A stretch of DNA of 60,608 bases, from assembly GCA_032718475.1 (NCBI GenBank), contig JAUCBJ010001688.1:1-60608 (forward strand), in the 5' to 3' direction. Under the pieces are notes generated by a model that was given only the letters and a program-made list of their open reading frames with translations, searched no databases and was not told the DNA's origin. The stretch is from Nemertoderma westbladi. Taxonomy: Eukaryota > Animalia > Xenacoelomorpha. Below are positions 12,917 to 23,948 of this stretch, one piece after another. A program made the position numbers and the translations under genes. Every line of letters starts with the position of its first letter. Within the stretch, counting starts at the first letter, position 1.

Positions 12917-15096
12917 GTCAGAATATTCTCTCAGCTTTTCTGTTTTACTATGAATTCACTACGGTGAACAAACTCAGGGACAGGATGGCCGGCTAGAGAT
13001 CGGGCCGCAGCAATGAACGGGAACATCACGGGAATGTAGACGAGAGACAACTCGCAATACCATTTTAGAGTTATTCGCCCATCGCCTGAAAGGTTAGACA
13101 GCGTTCGATCCTTGCTACCTAAGTATAAGACCAAAAGATCAAAAGGTAGACGTAGTGACACGCTGCAAGCCTAAAATTACATCATAGGGACTGTACTGTC
13201 TTGATTCAGGAAAACCCACAGTAGACCTTCACATTCCTACGGGGGAGAGGGAGAGCATAAGCAGATACTAGTACGCAGATAGGACGTGGGCACACCGTTA
13301 CAAGGCATACACATTGGTTAGGGTGCAGCAAACTGTACGCTTAACTCTTGCTAAGTACAGGTGTGTGTGCGACTATTTGCAGTACGACGGTGTCTATTAC
13401 ATCAGAACTTGTAGGCTAGGGGGGTTGCTGTGTTTTCACCTGAATTGGGATTGTACCGTTCAGGCGGTAGGGCAGTTTACACTAGGCGCAAATAAATTGA
13501 GGCTATCAGGGATATACTAACATCTACCGTGTCCCCGCCAACGCCCTAATAGGAAGTTACCCGGACTACCTGGGTGACTAAAATTCTAGATAGGAGCCAG
13601 GATAGCTATTAGTACCCGTACGCCTACAGTAGTAAACTAACACATCTCTTCTTAGTATCAGGGACCTGGTACCTAAAATTGCCGAATTCTGGGCGTAGTA
13701 TTAACCTTATGCCTGAATTTGAGTCCTGGAAATACGCAAGAGGGGAAGGAACCTTATCATTCGTGAGTATTGGACCTACAAGTTATAAAATTAGAATATT
13801 CGTAAAATGCACACCGTACCCAGTAATTATATATGTGAAGGAGCAAAACTGTTTTGACCGTTCAGAATTAACACACGCGCGTTAGAAATTATTTACACCT
13901 CGAAATATATAAAATTAACTTTGTCCGTACTGTGCTTTGCCCGCTAGTTAGACATCTCCAAATCTGCTCTATACCTAGCTAGCGTCCCTTTGCCCAACCA
14001 TATAAATCACACCGCGGCAAAGTATACGAGCCCCTTAGTCCGTCAGTGAGTCAGCCTGATTTTAGGATTCGCTGCGCGGGATTTGTTTTACCGAAGTTTG
14101 TCTGCTCGTAGACTGTTTTCTGCCTCACCGGTTATAAGAGATCGATACTGCAATATATTCGCTTACTTAGGGTTTACTGTTTTGGTGAGAAGGTCGGATT
14201 TATGATTTGATTTACAAACTTTACAGTAGGATATTGCAGGTATTGTTACCGTCTCTTCCGATAGTAGGAATAGGCGTATCTCTTCAATTAGTAGGAATGT
14301 GTTTTACTGAACTACGGTTCGGTAGGACTAAAGTTATTTGAAAATTTTGTATTTTGAGGTAAAAATTTGTATTTGATTAGCTAAGTGCTAATTTTTTGAA
14401 ATAAAATTTGATTTGAACCGCGTGTAAAATATTTTGGAATTGAATACCGGTGTTTAAAAGGGTTTAAATACCATATTGTACCGGTACAAAATTTTCGTAA
14501 AGTAAAACCTAACTCTTTTGTTTTTCAGGATTCAGAACTCATTTCTAGACTGTAACGGGAGCAAGACCGTGTTTAGCAAGTTTGGGAGATAGATAACCCA
14601 ACAACTTTGGTTGGGAAAATCGCGTTTCGTCCGCAACGTTAAAAACGGAAAGGTTCACGTTCGGTTTGTATCTGGGAATCTGTTTTTCTGGAGAATTATT
14701 GGAGTGGGTGAGTTCGAAAGGTTGCATAAATAAGTTAGGCATTACCGTATTAGTTAAAATTATTGTGGGTTCCACTGTCTCAAGTATTTATGCATTCCGT
14801 ATGATTTCTTTGTTCATTGCTGAATTAGTCCGTATTATTGTATTTAATTTACCTTTTGATAACGCATATCGTTATCCGATTTATTTGTTATAAAATTGGC
14901 CGCTAGGCTAATTTTATTATATACTTATTCCGTGACATTTATTTTCTGTAAAATTGGCCGTTTAGGCTAATTTTATCCATCTGCTATAAAATCGGCCGGT
15001 AGGCTAATTTTATATGACTGTAATTAGTACCGTTTTATACAAATACGGTAAACTCGATACTTTGACACTCACTTCACTTGACTTACAACTACCGAA

Positions 15097-18000
15097 ATGA
15101 GTGACAAACAAGACTATACGAAGAATACACAAACCGACTATGACTCGTGTGACGGAGATAAGTCAGCAGCGGAAGAACAACAGGGGAAGACTCGCGAGCC
15201 TACCGAACCTACACCGTGTGCGTCACCAGTACATCCAACGGGAGTACCGGATGCCGTAGTACGAGGCGACGGCAGGACCGAGGACTTTCTAACTGTTCCG
15301 CAACCTAGATATAGGGAAACGGAAATGGTAAGTTCAGCAGGAAGCACAGAAAGTGTGGTTAGAAGCGTCGGTGGATACATGGCGCATATAACCAGGAGCA
15401 TTGGAGAAGGCCAACGCATATTATACGGGTTGACCGCTCCGATGTCTCGATTCGAGTTCTACACCCTCCAGGTTAGAGTACAGAGTAAAGTATATAAGTC
15501 CGTAGATAATCTAGTTGGCCTACAAGATCTAGCCAGACAGAGACAGGACATGGATACTCAACTTAGAATCCTCGAGAAACTAATGATCACTAGAGAGAAA
15601 CTGATTCAGTTTAAGTCGACGATTAGACAGATACAACAGGAACAAGCGGACCAGTTGTTAGGTGAGTCAGTTTCGGACGAATTATTACAGCCCGAGGAAG
15701 AACAGGAACTGTACCGACTGGATGGACAATTAAAACACCTGACGGACCACTTACGCATGTGCGGCAAAGACGTCGGCGATTTGGAAACTTCATTCGCACA
15801 AATCGAATCAGCACCGGGAATACTAAATCAATCATTGGTAAGTATTCGTAGCGAAATCTGCGAGGGAAGTATAGTCACGTCAGAAGTTGCTCGACAACAG
15901 CAACAGTTCTACAGACAGCAACACGAGATGGAAGAACAAGCTCAACTTCTAATGATACAAACAGCAGTAGAGGAAGAGAAAATACGTGTTGCGAATGTAG
16001 CGAGAATCTCTCATCTGCAGGAACAAGCCGAACTCGAAGCGGCCGAAATGGAAAGGTTAGAGTTGGACATTGCCCAACAAGCGGCAGCGGCCGAGTTAGC
16101 GCAACGAACGGCAACAGCCGAGTTAGAGCGACAAACGGCAGCGGCAGCGGCAGCGGCCGAGTTAGAGCGACAAACGGCAACAGCCGAGTTAGAGCGACAA
16201 ACGGCAGCGGCAGCGGCAGCGGCCGAGTTAGAGCGACAAACGGCTGCGGCAGAGTTAGAGCGACAAACGGCTGCGGCAGAGTTAGAGCGACAAAGATTAG
16301 TTTCGGAAGCCAGAGTCGAGATGAAGACACGGCAAATAAAAGCCGAACAAGCGATACGACAAGCAGAGTTCGAGGCGCAACAACAACAATCGGAACAACG
16401 AGAAAAGGAAGTTAAACTTCGTTTCGAACTTGAGAAAAGGGCGAGAGAATTAGCCGAAACCAAGGAAAATCTGGATCTTCTAGCCCGCGATCGATCGATG
16501 AGATCTCGTGACGGACATGATTTGGACCAGTTAGAGGTAAGACATCGCCAAATTCAGGAACGGAAGAAGGAAGGAAGCGTAGGAGCACCCAGACGGGAAC
16601 GACAATTAGTAAAAGACGTGTGTCAACGATTCCCACAGGTAACTCATATGTTTGCACCGGTTACGACTAAGGAACCAGTTTCGATTGCGGGTAGTAGTGA
16701 TATTTCTCCTATCCATGGTGCGACGGAACACAGGTTTGTTATTCCGGACGAGTTTATACCGCCAAGAGCAGCGTCGTCGCCTATTCCGAGAGTCAAGGTA
16801 AGTAACCCACCGATTACAGATCGTAGTAGTTTATTAGTCGGACCTGCACTACTGACGACAAAACAGGTGAGTCCACCTTTGACACCTAAACCCGTTACAC
16901 ACTACGCTTACCCAATGACGTTTCGACCAACAAGGCCTTTGGATTCAAATGCTGTCATTCGCCCACCGTTCAACCAATTTACATCGCAATCTACGACTTC
17001 GAGGAAGACTTGTGAGCCTACCGAACAACGGAGAACAGTGGAGACGCGACCATTCAACCAATTTACATCGCAATCTACGACTTCGGGGAAGACTTGTGAG
17101 CCTACCGAACAACGGAGAACAGTGGAGACGCGACCATTCAATCAGTTTACGTCACAATCTACGACTTCGAGGAAGACTTGTGAGCCTACCGAACAACGGA
17201 GAACAGTGGAGACGCGACCATTCAATCAGTTTACGTCACAATCTACGACTTCGAGGAAGACTTGTGAGCCTACCGAACAACGGAGATCAGTGGACGATGT
17301 TCCGAAACGAGCCGTTAGAATTCGAACGACGCAACGGACGCGAGCACGTCGACCACCATATCCAGATGATAGTAGTACTTCGAGCGAATCGGATTACCCG
17401 AAACGCGAGGTATTTAGAACAGGGGTGGCCGATGAATATAAACGCGAGCGTTCAGACAACTCCTTTGCAGACAATCCTCCACAGAATACACCAATACAGA
17501 AGGCGTTACAACCAACGGACGCAATTAGTACACAACAGTTCGCCGACATTCTGCGACCAGTTGTCAACAAGTTGGCTCAGATCGAGGAGCGTCTGGAGGA
17601 AGTTCAAACCGATAGTTCGAGGAACATCGAATTCGAACACAATAGACACCCGAAGGCACCACAAAGACCGGTACCTTCAAACCCCACATCGTATCAGGGA
17701 AAAGCGCCTAGAAGGGAGAACATCAACCAGGTTACCAACCAAGGACGCGAAACTCTGAACGTTGCCGAGGAGATAGCGAAATTCGCAGCCAGACAGGGAT
17801 TGCCGGTACAACAACCACCGAAGTTCTCCGGTAGCTCAAAACACTGGCATACCTTCGTAGACTATATCGAATCCCAGATCGCCGTGTGCGCCTTTACATC
17901 ACGGGAGAAGTTCAATTACCTGCTCCAAACGTTGTCAGGAGAACCTAAACGTTTGGCGGAGACTTTCGTCGGTGTACCGGACGCTTTCGAACTAGCGTAC

Positions 18001-21000
18001 GATCGTTTAACTTCGATATACGGAGGTACAGTGAGTATGGCCAGGTCAGTAATAGAGGAACTCTGTAAGGGAGGGGCTATCACTAAACCCGTCGACTTAC
18101 TAAAACTAGCTGACGAGATCAAGAACGCTATCACTACCTTAAGATCAATTGGACAACTTGATTACGGGAATACCCCTACAGTTCTATTAAAGATAATAGG
18201 ACGACTCCACCATCGACTTCGTCGGGAGTGGAGGAAGGTCGAATACCAGCGAGAGGAGCGAGGAGGATTCCTAAAATTAGAAGATGTGTACCTTTTAATA
18301 TCCAGGGAGGCGGTAGTAGAAACTCGATCTAACTATACCGACCAGCACATCGTGGCAGAAGGGATCACACTGCCATCCTCCAACCGACAAAAACCCCAGA
18401 CAACATCCACAAAGACGGCCACTTACGCCACACCGACGGAATCACGACAATTCTCAGACGGTAATAGAGTATCTGCGCCCATTGGGACGAAACAGACGAG
18501 ACAGCAACTCAGCACCGACTTCAACGGCTGCCAATACTGCGAACATCTAGGTAAGCGGTATGTTGGTCACAAGTTACGAGGTTGTCGACAATTTCGCGAG
18601 TTGAACTCGGAAGAACGACGGCTGCAGATACGGCCACTGGACTCTTGTTGGCGGTGTACGCGACACGGACACGTCCGTAAGGATTGCCCAAATACCGACA
18701 CTTGTCCATCCTGTGGACGCAACCACGACGGTCTGCTCCACACAGACAGCCACACGCCGACGAAACGCTTCGCCAGGGAACACCCGGAAGCAGCAGCGAG
18801 ATGTGATGCGGCTTACCGAAAACGAGAATCGAAAACGACTCCAACATTCGTGACCCATATTGAGGATTGCTTCTCAGAACAATCCGGATCGTCGGACGAA
18901 GAATCAGAAAACGACGACGAATATTCTAATGGGGACGAACAACCGTCGATCGCCCTTCTAACCACTGACCAACTGAAGGGATTCAGTGTAATCCCGATTA
19001 AGGTTACTGGCACAAAGGGGAGCAAGAGGATCTATGCGATTCTAGATTCAGCCTCATCCCATAGCTACGTGGATGAAAAGATAGCTGACGTCGTAACGGA
19101 TCTCAGACAAGGTAAACACGTCAGTTATACAGTAAGTAGTATGCACGGACAGCGTGCAATACCAGTGACACGAGTTAAGTTGGACTTAGACTCTCTTCTT
19201 CCAAAATCGCAACACAGCGAGAGGGAGAGGTCTTTGTTGCCCTTTAGAGATCTAACCTTTGCGGCCACGAAGGACTTTAGTAACCTACTAGGTCCAGTGC
19301 CGGAACAATCTCTGGAGGACCGTAAGTATTTCAGACACCTTGGTGTACCCGAATGTCCTGTCAATTATAGATCGGTAGCAATGCTGATCGGGACGGACCA
19401 ATTCAACCTACATCAGGTGTGGGAAACCAGACCATCGGCAGTTGTAGCAGGAAACGCATACGCCTGCAGAACGCCGATAGGGTGGTATACTCGAGCGCCT
19501 GTGCGCACACTAGACGTAAGTGACGAGGGAGACGATGTACAGAGTACATATAGTTTATTGACTACAAATTCAATTCATTCCTTTTCACACGACGTGAACC
19601 ATACTACGCTACAGTCGACAAAACATCACAGACGTGTAACTAGTATGATAAGTCACAAGGAGCAGCTAACCCACAAGGTGAGTTTAGAACTTGGGGAGAA
19701 GACGAATCAGCTAGAGATTCCATCGACGACAGATGATAGGCTTGCGAGTCTACCTACCCCAATAACCTCAACAGTGCCCGTCGATATCGATGATGACGCG
19801 TTGAGAAATCATCAGTTGGAACAAGCCGCCTTGGACAAAGAATTAACGGAAAAGACTATCAGGTGGTTAGAACAAGATACAGCTGAACCTGGTAGCTACG
19901 AACCTTGTATGTCGGAACAGGAGAAACAATCTCTGAAGATCATGGAGGATACTATCCGACAGACGGAGGACGGACATTACGAGGTGGGTATGTTATGGCT
20001 TAGCCAAAGTCCTAAACTTATAAACAACTATCCACTGGCTTTAAGACGTCTACACTCAATACGACAACGTCTATTAAAGGACGAGAAAGCCCATCTGCAG
20101 TACAACACTCAGATGGAGACGTATTTGACTGAAGGATACGCTATCCGAATGACTAACCCGGAGCGAGTGACCGACCAGACATACTACCTGCCACATCACT
20201 ATGTGAGACATCCCGACAAACCAGATAAAGTACGCGTAGTCAATGACTGTGCGGCTCTGTTTGAGGGAATGTCCCTCAATAGTGAGTTGATGGATGGACC
20301 GAACATGAATAATTATCTTATGGGGGTGATTATGCGCTTCCGTCAGCGTCAAGTAGCCTTTACTTGCGACGTTGAAGCGATGTTTCACCAAGTAAAAGCG
20401 TTAGAGCGAGACAGAGACAGTTTGCGGTTTCTCTGGTATCCGGAAGGGGACTTAAGTCTACCACCAGCGACTTACCAAATGCAAGTTCGCGTTTTCGGTG
20501 CCAGAGACAGCCCAAATTGTACGATGTACGCCTTGAAGCAAGCCGCTAGAGATCAGAAACATCTGTATGACCCAGAGATAATTAGAATTGTAGAACGTGA
20601 CTTTTACGTTGATGACGGATTACAGAGTTGCGACACAGTAGAACGTGCTACAACAGTAGCACATCAATTACGGGACTGCTTGGCGGGCGGAGGTTTTAAC
20701 CTCACCAAATTCGCCTCAAACAGTGCCGAATTAGTTGACTCATTCGGAACTACTGAGCGTGGAGGTGGTGACATAGACCTAGAGTTCGAACCACTACCGA
20801 CGACTAAGGTGTTGGGGCTCTTTTGGGACCCAAACACAGACAACTTTCGAGTGAAGGTGAGACTGGACAGTCAAGGAAACACACTGACCAAGAGATCATG
20901 CTTGTCAAAATTGAGCCGATTGTTCGATCCGTTAGGATTCATCAGTCCAGTGATACTGCAAGCCCGCATTTATATGCGCAGTATATGGAAAGATGGACTA

Positions 21001-21396
21001 ACATGGGACGAGCCGATCTCATCAGACCAAGTGGACTTATGGAAGACCTGGGAGGCGGAATTATCTTCACTAGAGGATTATTTCATACCCAGGGTTTACT
21101 TTCCATTACAGAGTACATTTCCTGACAACTTGGAACTACACTGTTTTTCTGACGCCAGTGACAACGGTTTTGGTGTGGCAGCGTATTTGCGCAGACAAGT
21201 AGAATCGGACGAGTTCGATGTTTCGCTCATTACTTCCAAGGCTAAGACCATGCCTACTAAGTATATGACGACACCACGAGCCGAGCTACAAGCCGCAACC
21301 CTGTCAACCACCATCGTGAACCTCATACAGACAGAACTACAGTCGAGTTTACAGATATTTTATTGGACTGACGCGACTTGGTTTTATTTTACATAA
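15097..21396 (+). CDS. gag-pol: Bel/Pao Gag-protease-RT-RNase H polyprotein (5' part)
   Basis: Pao gag domain (PPKFSG..W..F, KFNYL...LSGEP), three Zn knuckles (incl. CWRCTRHGHVRKDC, CPSCGRNHDGLLH), protease AILDSAS, RT YYLPHH/DVEAMFHQV/FYVDD, RNase H FSDAS/PRAELQAA/WTD. Confidence 0.97.
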   Translation: MSDKQDYTKNTQTDYDSCDGDKSAAEEQQGKTREPTEPTPCASPVHPTGVPDAVVRGDGRTEDFLTVPQPRYRETEMVSSAGSTESVVRSVGGYMAHITRSIGEGQRILYGLTAPMSRFEFYTLQVRVQSKVYKSVDNLVGLQDLARQRQDMDTQLRILEKLMITREKLIQFKSTIRQIQQEQADQLLGESVSDELLQPEEEQELYRLDGQLKHLTDHLRMCGKDVGDLETSFAQIESAPGILNQSLVSIRSEICEGSIVTSEVARQQQQFYRQQHEMEEQAQLLMIQTAVEEEKIRVANVARISHLQEQAELEAAEMERLELDIAQQAAAAELAQRTATAELERQTAAAAAAAELERQTATAELERQTAAAAAAAELERQTAAAELERQTAAAELERQRLVSEARVEMKTRQIKAEQAIRQAEFEAQQQQSEQREKEVKLRFELEKRARELAETKENLDLLARDRSMRSRDGHDLDQLEVRHRQIQERKKEGSVGAPRRERQLVKDVCQRFPQVTHMFAPVTTKEPVSIAGSSDISPIHGATEHRFVIPDEFIPPRAASSPIPRVKVSNPPITDRSSLLVGPALLTTKQVSPPLTPKPVTHYAYPMTFRPTRPLDSNAVIRPPFNQFTSQSTTSRKTCEPTEQRRTVETRPFNQFTSQSTTSGKTCEPTEQRRTVETRPFNQFTSQSTTSRKTCEPTEQRRTVETRPFNQFTSQSTTSRKTCEPTEQRRSVDDVPKRAVRIRTTQRTRARRPPYPDDSSTSSESDYPKREVFRTGVADEYKRERSDNSFADNPPQNTPIQKALQPTDAISTQQFADILRPVVNKLAQIEERLEEVQTDSSRNIEFEHNRHPKAPQRPVPSNPTSYQGKAPRRENINQVTNQGRETLNVAEEIAKFAARQGLPVQQPPKFSGSSKHWHTFVDYIESQIAVCAFTSREKFNYLLQTLSGEPKRLAETFVGVPDAFELAYDRLTSIYGGTVSMARSVIEELCKGGAITKPVDLLKLADEIKNAITTLRSIGQLDYGNTPTVLLKIIGRLHHRLRREWRKVEYQREERGGFLKLEDVYLLISREAVVETRSNYTDQHIVAEGITLPSSNRQKPQTTSTKTATYATPTESRQFSDGNRVSAPIGTKQTRQQLSTDFNGCQYCEHLGKRYVGHKLRGCRQFRELNSEERRLQIRPLDSCWRCTRHGHVRKDCPNTDTCPSCGRNHDGLLHTDSHTPTKRFAREHPEAAARCDAAYRKRESKTTPTFVTHIEDCFSEQSGSSDEESENDDEYSNGDEQPSIALLTTDQLKGFSVIPIKVTGTKGSKRIYAILDSASSHSYVDEKIADVVTDLRQGKHVSYTVSSMHGQRAIPVTRVKLDLDSLLPKSQHSERERSLLPFRDLTFAATKDFSNLLGPVPEQSLEDRKYFRHLGVPECPVNYRSVAMLIGTDQFNLHQVWETRPSAVVAGNAYACRTPIGWYTRAPVRTLDVSDEGDDVQSTYSLLTTNSIHSFSHDVNHTTLQSTKHHRRVTSMISHKEQLTHKVSLELGEKTNQLEIPSTTDDRLASLPTPITSTVPVDIDDDALRNHQLEQAALDKELTEKTIRWLEQDTAEPGSYEPCMSEQEKQSLKIMEDTIRQTEDGHYEVGMLWLSQSPKLINNYPLALRRLHSIRQRLLKDEKAHLQYNTQMETYLTEGYAIRMTNPERVTDQTYYLPHHYVRHPDKPDKVRVVNDCAALFEGMSLNSELMDGPNMNNYLMGVIMRFRQRQVAFTCDVEAMFHQVKALERDRDSLRFLWYPEGDLSLPPATYQMQVRVFGARDSPNCTMYALKQAARDQKHLYDPEIIRIVERDFYVDDGLQSCDTVERATTVAHQLRDCLAGGGFNLTKFASNSAELVDSFGTTERGGGDIDLEFEPLPTTKVLGLFWDPNTDNFRVKVRLDSQGNTLTKRSCLSKLSRLFDPLGFISPVILQARIYMRSIWKDGLTWDEPISSDQVDLWKTWEAELSSLEDYFIPRVYFPLQSTFPDNLELHCFSDASDNGFGVAAYLRRQVESDEFDVSLITSKAKTMPTKYMTTPRAELQAATLSTTIVNLIQTELQSSLQIFYWTDATWFYFT
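16084..16292 (+). repeat. Coding repeat (AELERQT-A)n in Gag coiled coil
   Basis: About seven copies of GCCGAGTTAGAGCGACAAACGGC. Confidence 0.9.
16963..17295 (+). repeat. 84-bp coding tandem repeat x4 in Gag
   Basis: PFNQFTSQSTTSRKTCEPTEQRRTVETR x4; each unit carries the dispersed hairpin motif. Confidence 0.95.
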
Positions 21397-23948
21397 ACAA
21401 CGACACACTCGAATTCAAGACATTCGTAGCTAACCGTCGCGCAGAGATTCTAGACCGTTCGATAAAAGAGGATTGGCGACATTGTCCAGGACCACAAAAC
21501 CCAGCTGATATTGCGTCGCGAGGAATGATGCCTGAGGAATTCTGTAAACCGGAGAACAAAGAGTTTTGGCAACACGGACCCCAGTTCTTGCAGAAATCGA
21601 CACAAGATTGGCCTCCGTTATACGACAACAAATCCAACACCATTCCTAAGGACGCCGAAATCAAGAAACCAAAAAAGGGGAAGACAAAGAAAAGGACGAC
21701 GGCGACAAAACTCAAGAAAAAACCGAAGGCGAAATGGAAGGATATAACTTCAAAGGTCAAGAGAGGAAGACTTGCGAGCCTTTCTACACCAGACATATCG
21801 CCAGACGGTCAACCAGACGTTTTGACAGACATGTCACAAAATGTTCCACCAGACGTTAGTAACACACTGACAAACAGTAAAGCCGCAGTTTCTCTATTGG
21901 AGCGGCCTTGTATTGACAAACAACTTGATACGTTACCAGGCGTATTGCCAGACACATTACTAGACAGTCGACTAGACACTAGTAATGTATTGACTAACAA
22001 TAAAGCCGCAGTTTCCCTATTGGAGCGGCCTTGTATTGACAAACTACCAATTTTGACGCACTTGAGCAACCATAAGCATGGTGAAACCTCATGTATTGCA
22101 GATGTGGGTAGTACCTACGCTAATGTAAATACAGGTGTTACTTTGCGCTCAAGAGACATACCGAACTTACAACCTGTGGTGAGACCTGGGATTAATGTCG
22201 GCAGAAAATTAAGTTTACCAAAACCCACTGATCCCATAGAGTTCAAACCACCATTAACGATCGACTTACAAAGTACTGACGATCAAGGTAAGAAGACGAA
22301 GAAGGACAAATTACTTGTAGACCCGGACGGATCAACAGTCAACAAGGGAATACTTACCGGCGGACCCGTGGGCCCTTCTAGTAATTCAAAACCTTCCAAA
22401 TTCTCCATTGACTTACCTGATGACGTCACAAATACTTACGTCGACCGTATTGTAAACTTAACAGACTCTTGGTCGAACGCTTGCCGAAAACTAGCGTGGA
22501 TTGTACGTTTTGTACAATACGTTAAAGGCAAACGTGACTTTACACGTCGACTTACATTGGCTGAGATTGACAGGTGTGAGATTAAATTAATTCGCCATTA
22601 CCAACTGCGATATTTCGCGCGCGAATTCACATCTATAAATCAAGGTCAATCAATCAAGTCGTCACCGATACTGAGTTGGAGTCCGATTATTTATAATGGC
22701 TTAATTTGTCATAAATCTCGGCTTCAAAACATTGACTTTAACACAAACTTTAGGTACCCAATAATAATACCGCAACACCACGAACTACAACGTGCAATGA
22801 TACTGGACGCACATTTACATCTGAAACACGCTGGAAGACACCACTGTCTTTCCTACTTACGTACTAGATTTGTATTAATTAGACCCAGTAAAGCATTAAG
22901 TTCAGTGACACGTACGTGTATTATTTGTAAAAAGGTACATTCTAGAATAGGTACCCAAGAAATGAGTGAACTACCACAAGCACGACTTCAAGCATTCAGA
23001 CCACCTTTTACAGAGACTGGAATTGATTGCTTTGGTCCCATACATACGAAACGTGGACGTATACTAGTAAAACGCTGGGGACTGATTTTCACATGTATGT
23101 CCAGTAGGGCAGTTCACATTGAACGTGTGATGGATCTTTCCACCAACGCGTTTATACTAGCACTGCGGCGATTTATCGCTAGACGCGGACTAGTAAAATG
23201 CTTGTACTCAGACCAAGGGACAAACTTTGTTGGTGCTCGGAATGAGATTGCTAGAGCCTTTAAGAAATTAGATCATGATCAAATCTCGAACGAACTGCAA
23301 CCTCACAAGATTGTTTGGAAGTTTAATCCTCCAGATAGTCCTTGGAGAGGCGGAGTCTGGGAGAGATTGATTAGATCTATAAAGACAGCCATGGCAAAAG
23401 TCATTCCAGTAAACCACATACTGACAGACGACCAACTGACAACATTGTTTGTTGAAATCGAGGCAATACTAAATACTAGACCAATAGTATTAGTACCCGA
23501 TGACAAACAATCCCAGTTTGCTTTAACACCGGCACACCTGCTTATGCAGGCACCGACGACATTAACGCCGATTTCTATTCCAATAGAAAGCGATAGTTAC
23601 GGTAGAAAAGCGTGGAAAATCACGCAACTACTGGCTAACAAATTCTGGGAAATATGGCAAAACCATTATTTGCCCTCTATTTCTGCCAGAACAAACTGGT
23701 ATAATAACACCCGCGCATTAAAGCCGGGAGATCACGTGCTGTTGGCAGAAGTGAATCTAAAAAGACGCTTCTGGATAACAGGTGTCATTTTAGCCACACA
23801 TCCATCTATGGATGGAGTGACAAGAACTGTGACGGTACGAACAATTGACGGTCGCACAGTAGACAGACCGACTCAACGTCTCGTACTTCTTGAAGAGACT
23901 CGTAACGAGTCTGGAGACTACAAATCTCCACCTAATACTGGGAAATAA
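21378..23948 (+). CDS. pol: Pol 3' part: end of RNase H, long linker, integrase (separated from upstream ORF by a 1-nt frameshift)
   Basis: FVANR..EI, WRHCPG.QNPAD.ASRG, HHCC (H..HAG...CIIC), DDE (GIDCFG, YSDQGTNF, GVWERLI), Pao C-terminal domain. Confidence 0.95.
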   Translation: MVLFYINNDTLEFKTFVANRRAEILDRSIKEDWRHCPGPQNPADIASRGMMPEEFCKPENKEFWQHGPQFLQKSTQDWPPLYDNKSNTIPKDAEIKKPKKGKTKKRTTATKLKKKPKAKWKDITSKVKRGRLASLSTPDISPDGQPDVLTDMSQNVPPDVSNTLTNSKAAVSLLERPCIDKQLDTLPGVLPDTLLDSRLDTSNVLTNNKAAVSLLERPCIDKLPILTHLSNHKHGETSCIADVGSTYANVNTGVTLRSRDIPNLQPVVRPGINVGRKLSLPKPTDPIEFKPPLTIDLQSTDDQGKKTKKDKLLVDPDGSTVNKGILTGGPVGPSSNSKPSKFSIDLPDDVTNTYVDRIVNLTDSWSNACRKLAWIVRFVQYVKGKRDFTRRLTLAEIDRCEIKLIRHYQLRYFAREFTSINQGQSIKSSPILSWSPIIYNGLICHKSRLQNIDFNTNFRYPIIIPQHHELQRAMILDAHLHLKHAGRHHCLSYLRTRFVLIRPSKALSSVTRTCIICKKVHSRIGTQEMSELPQARLQAFRPPFTETGIDCFGPIHTKRGRILVKRWGLIFTCMSSRAVHIERVMDLSTNAFILALRRFIARRGLVKCLYSDQGTNFVGARNEIARAFKKLDHDQISNELQPHKIVWKFNPPDSPWRGGVWERLIRSIKTAMAKVIPVNHILTDDQLTTLFVEIEAILNTRPIVLVPDDKQSQFALTPAHLLMQAPTTLTPISIPIESDSYGRKAWKITQLLANKFWEIWQNHYLPSISARTNWYNNTRALKPGDHVLLAEVNLKRRFWITGVILATHPSMDGVTRTVTVRTIDGRTVDRPTQRLVLLEETRNESGDYKSPPNTGK

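Larger units (their letters stand above)
12360..14290 (+). repeat. 5' LTR
   Basis: Direct repeat of 28740-30670; only two mismatches noticed by eye (12409/28789, 13298/29678). Confidence 0.97.

Noticed and set aside
12712-13885. Short ORFs within the LTR (duplicated at 29092-30265)
   Set aside because: 60-76 aa, no motifs, mostly non-ATG starts; duplication only reflects LTR identity.
15875-17758. Antisense and alternate-frame repetitive ORFs in gag
   Set aside because: Shadows of coding tandem repeats.
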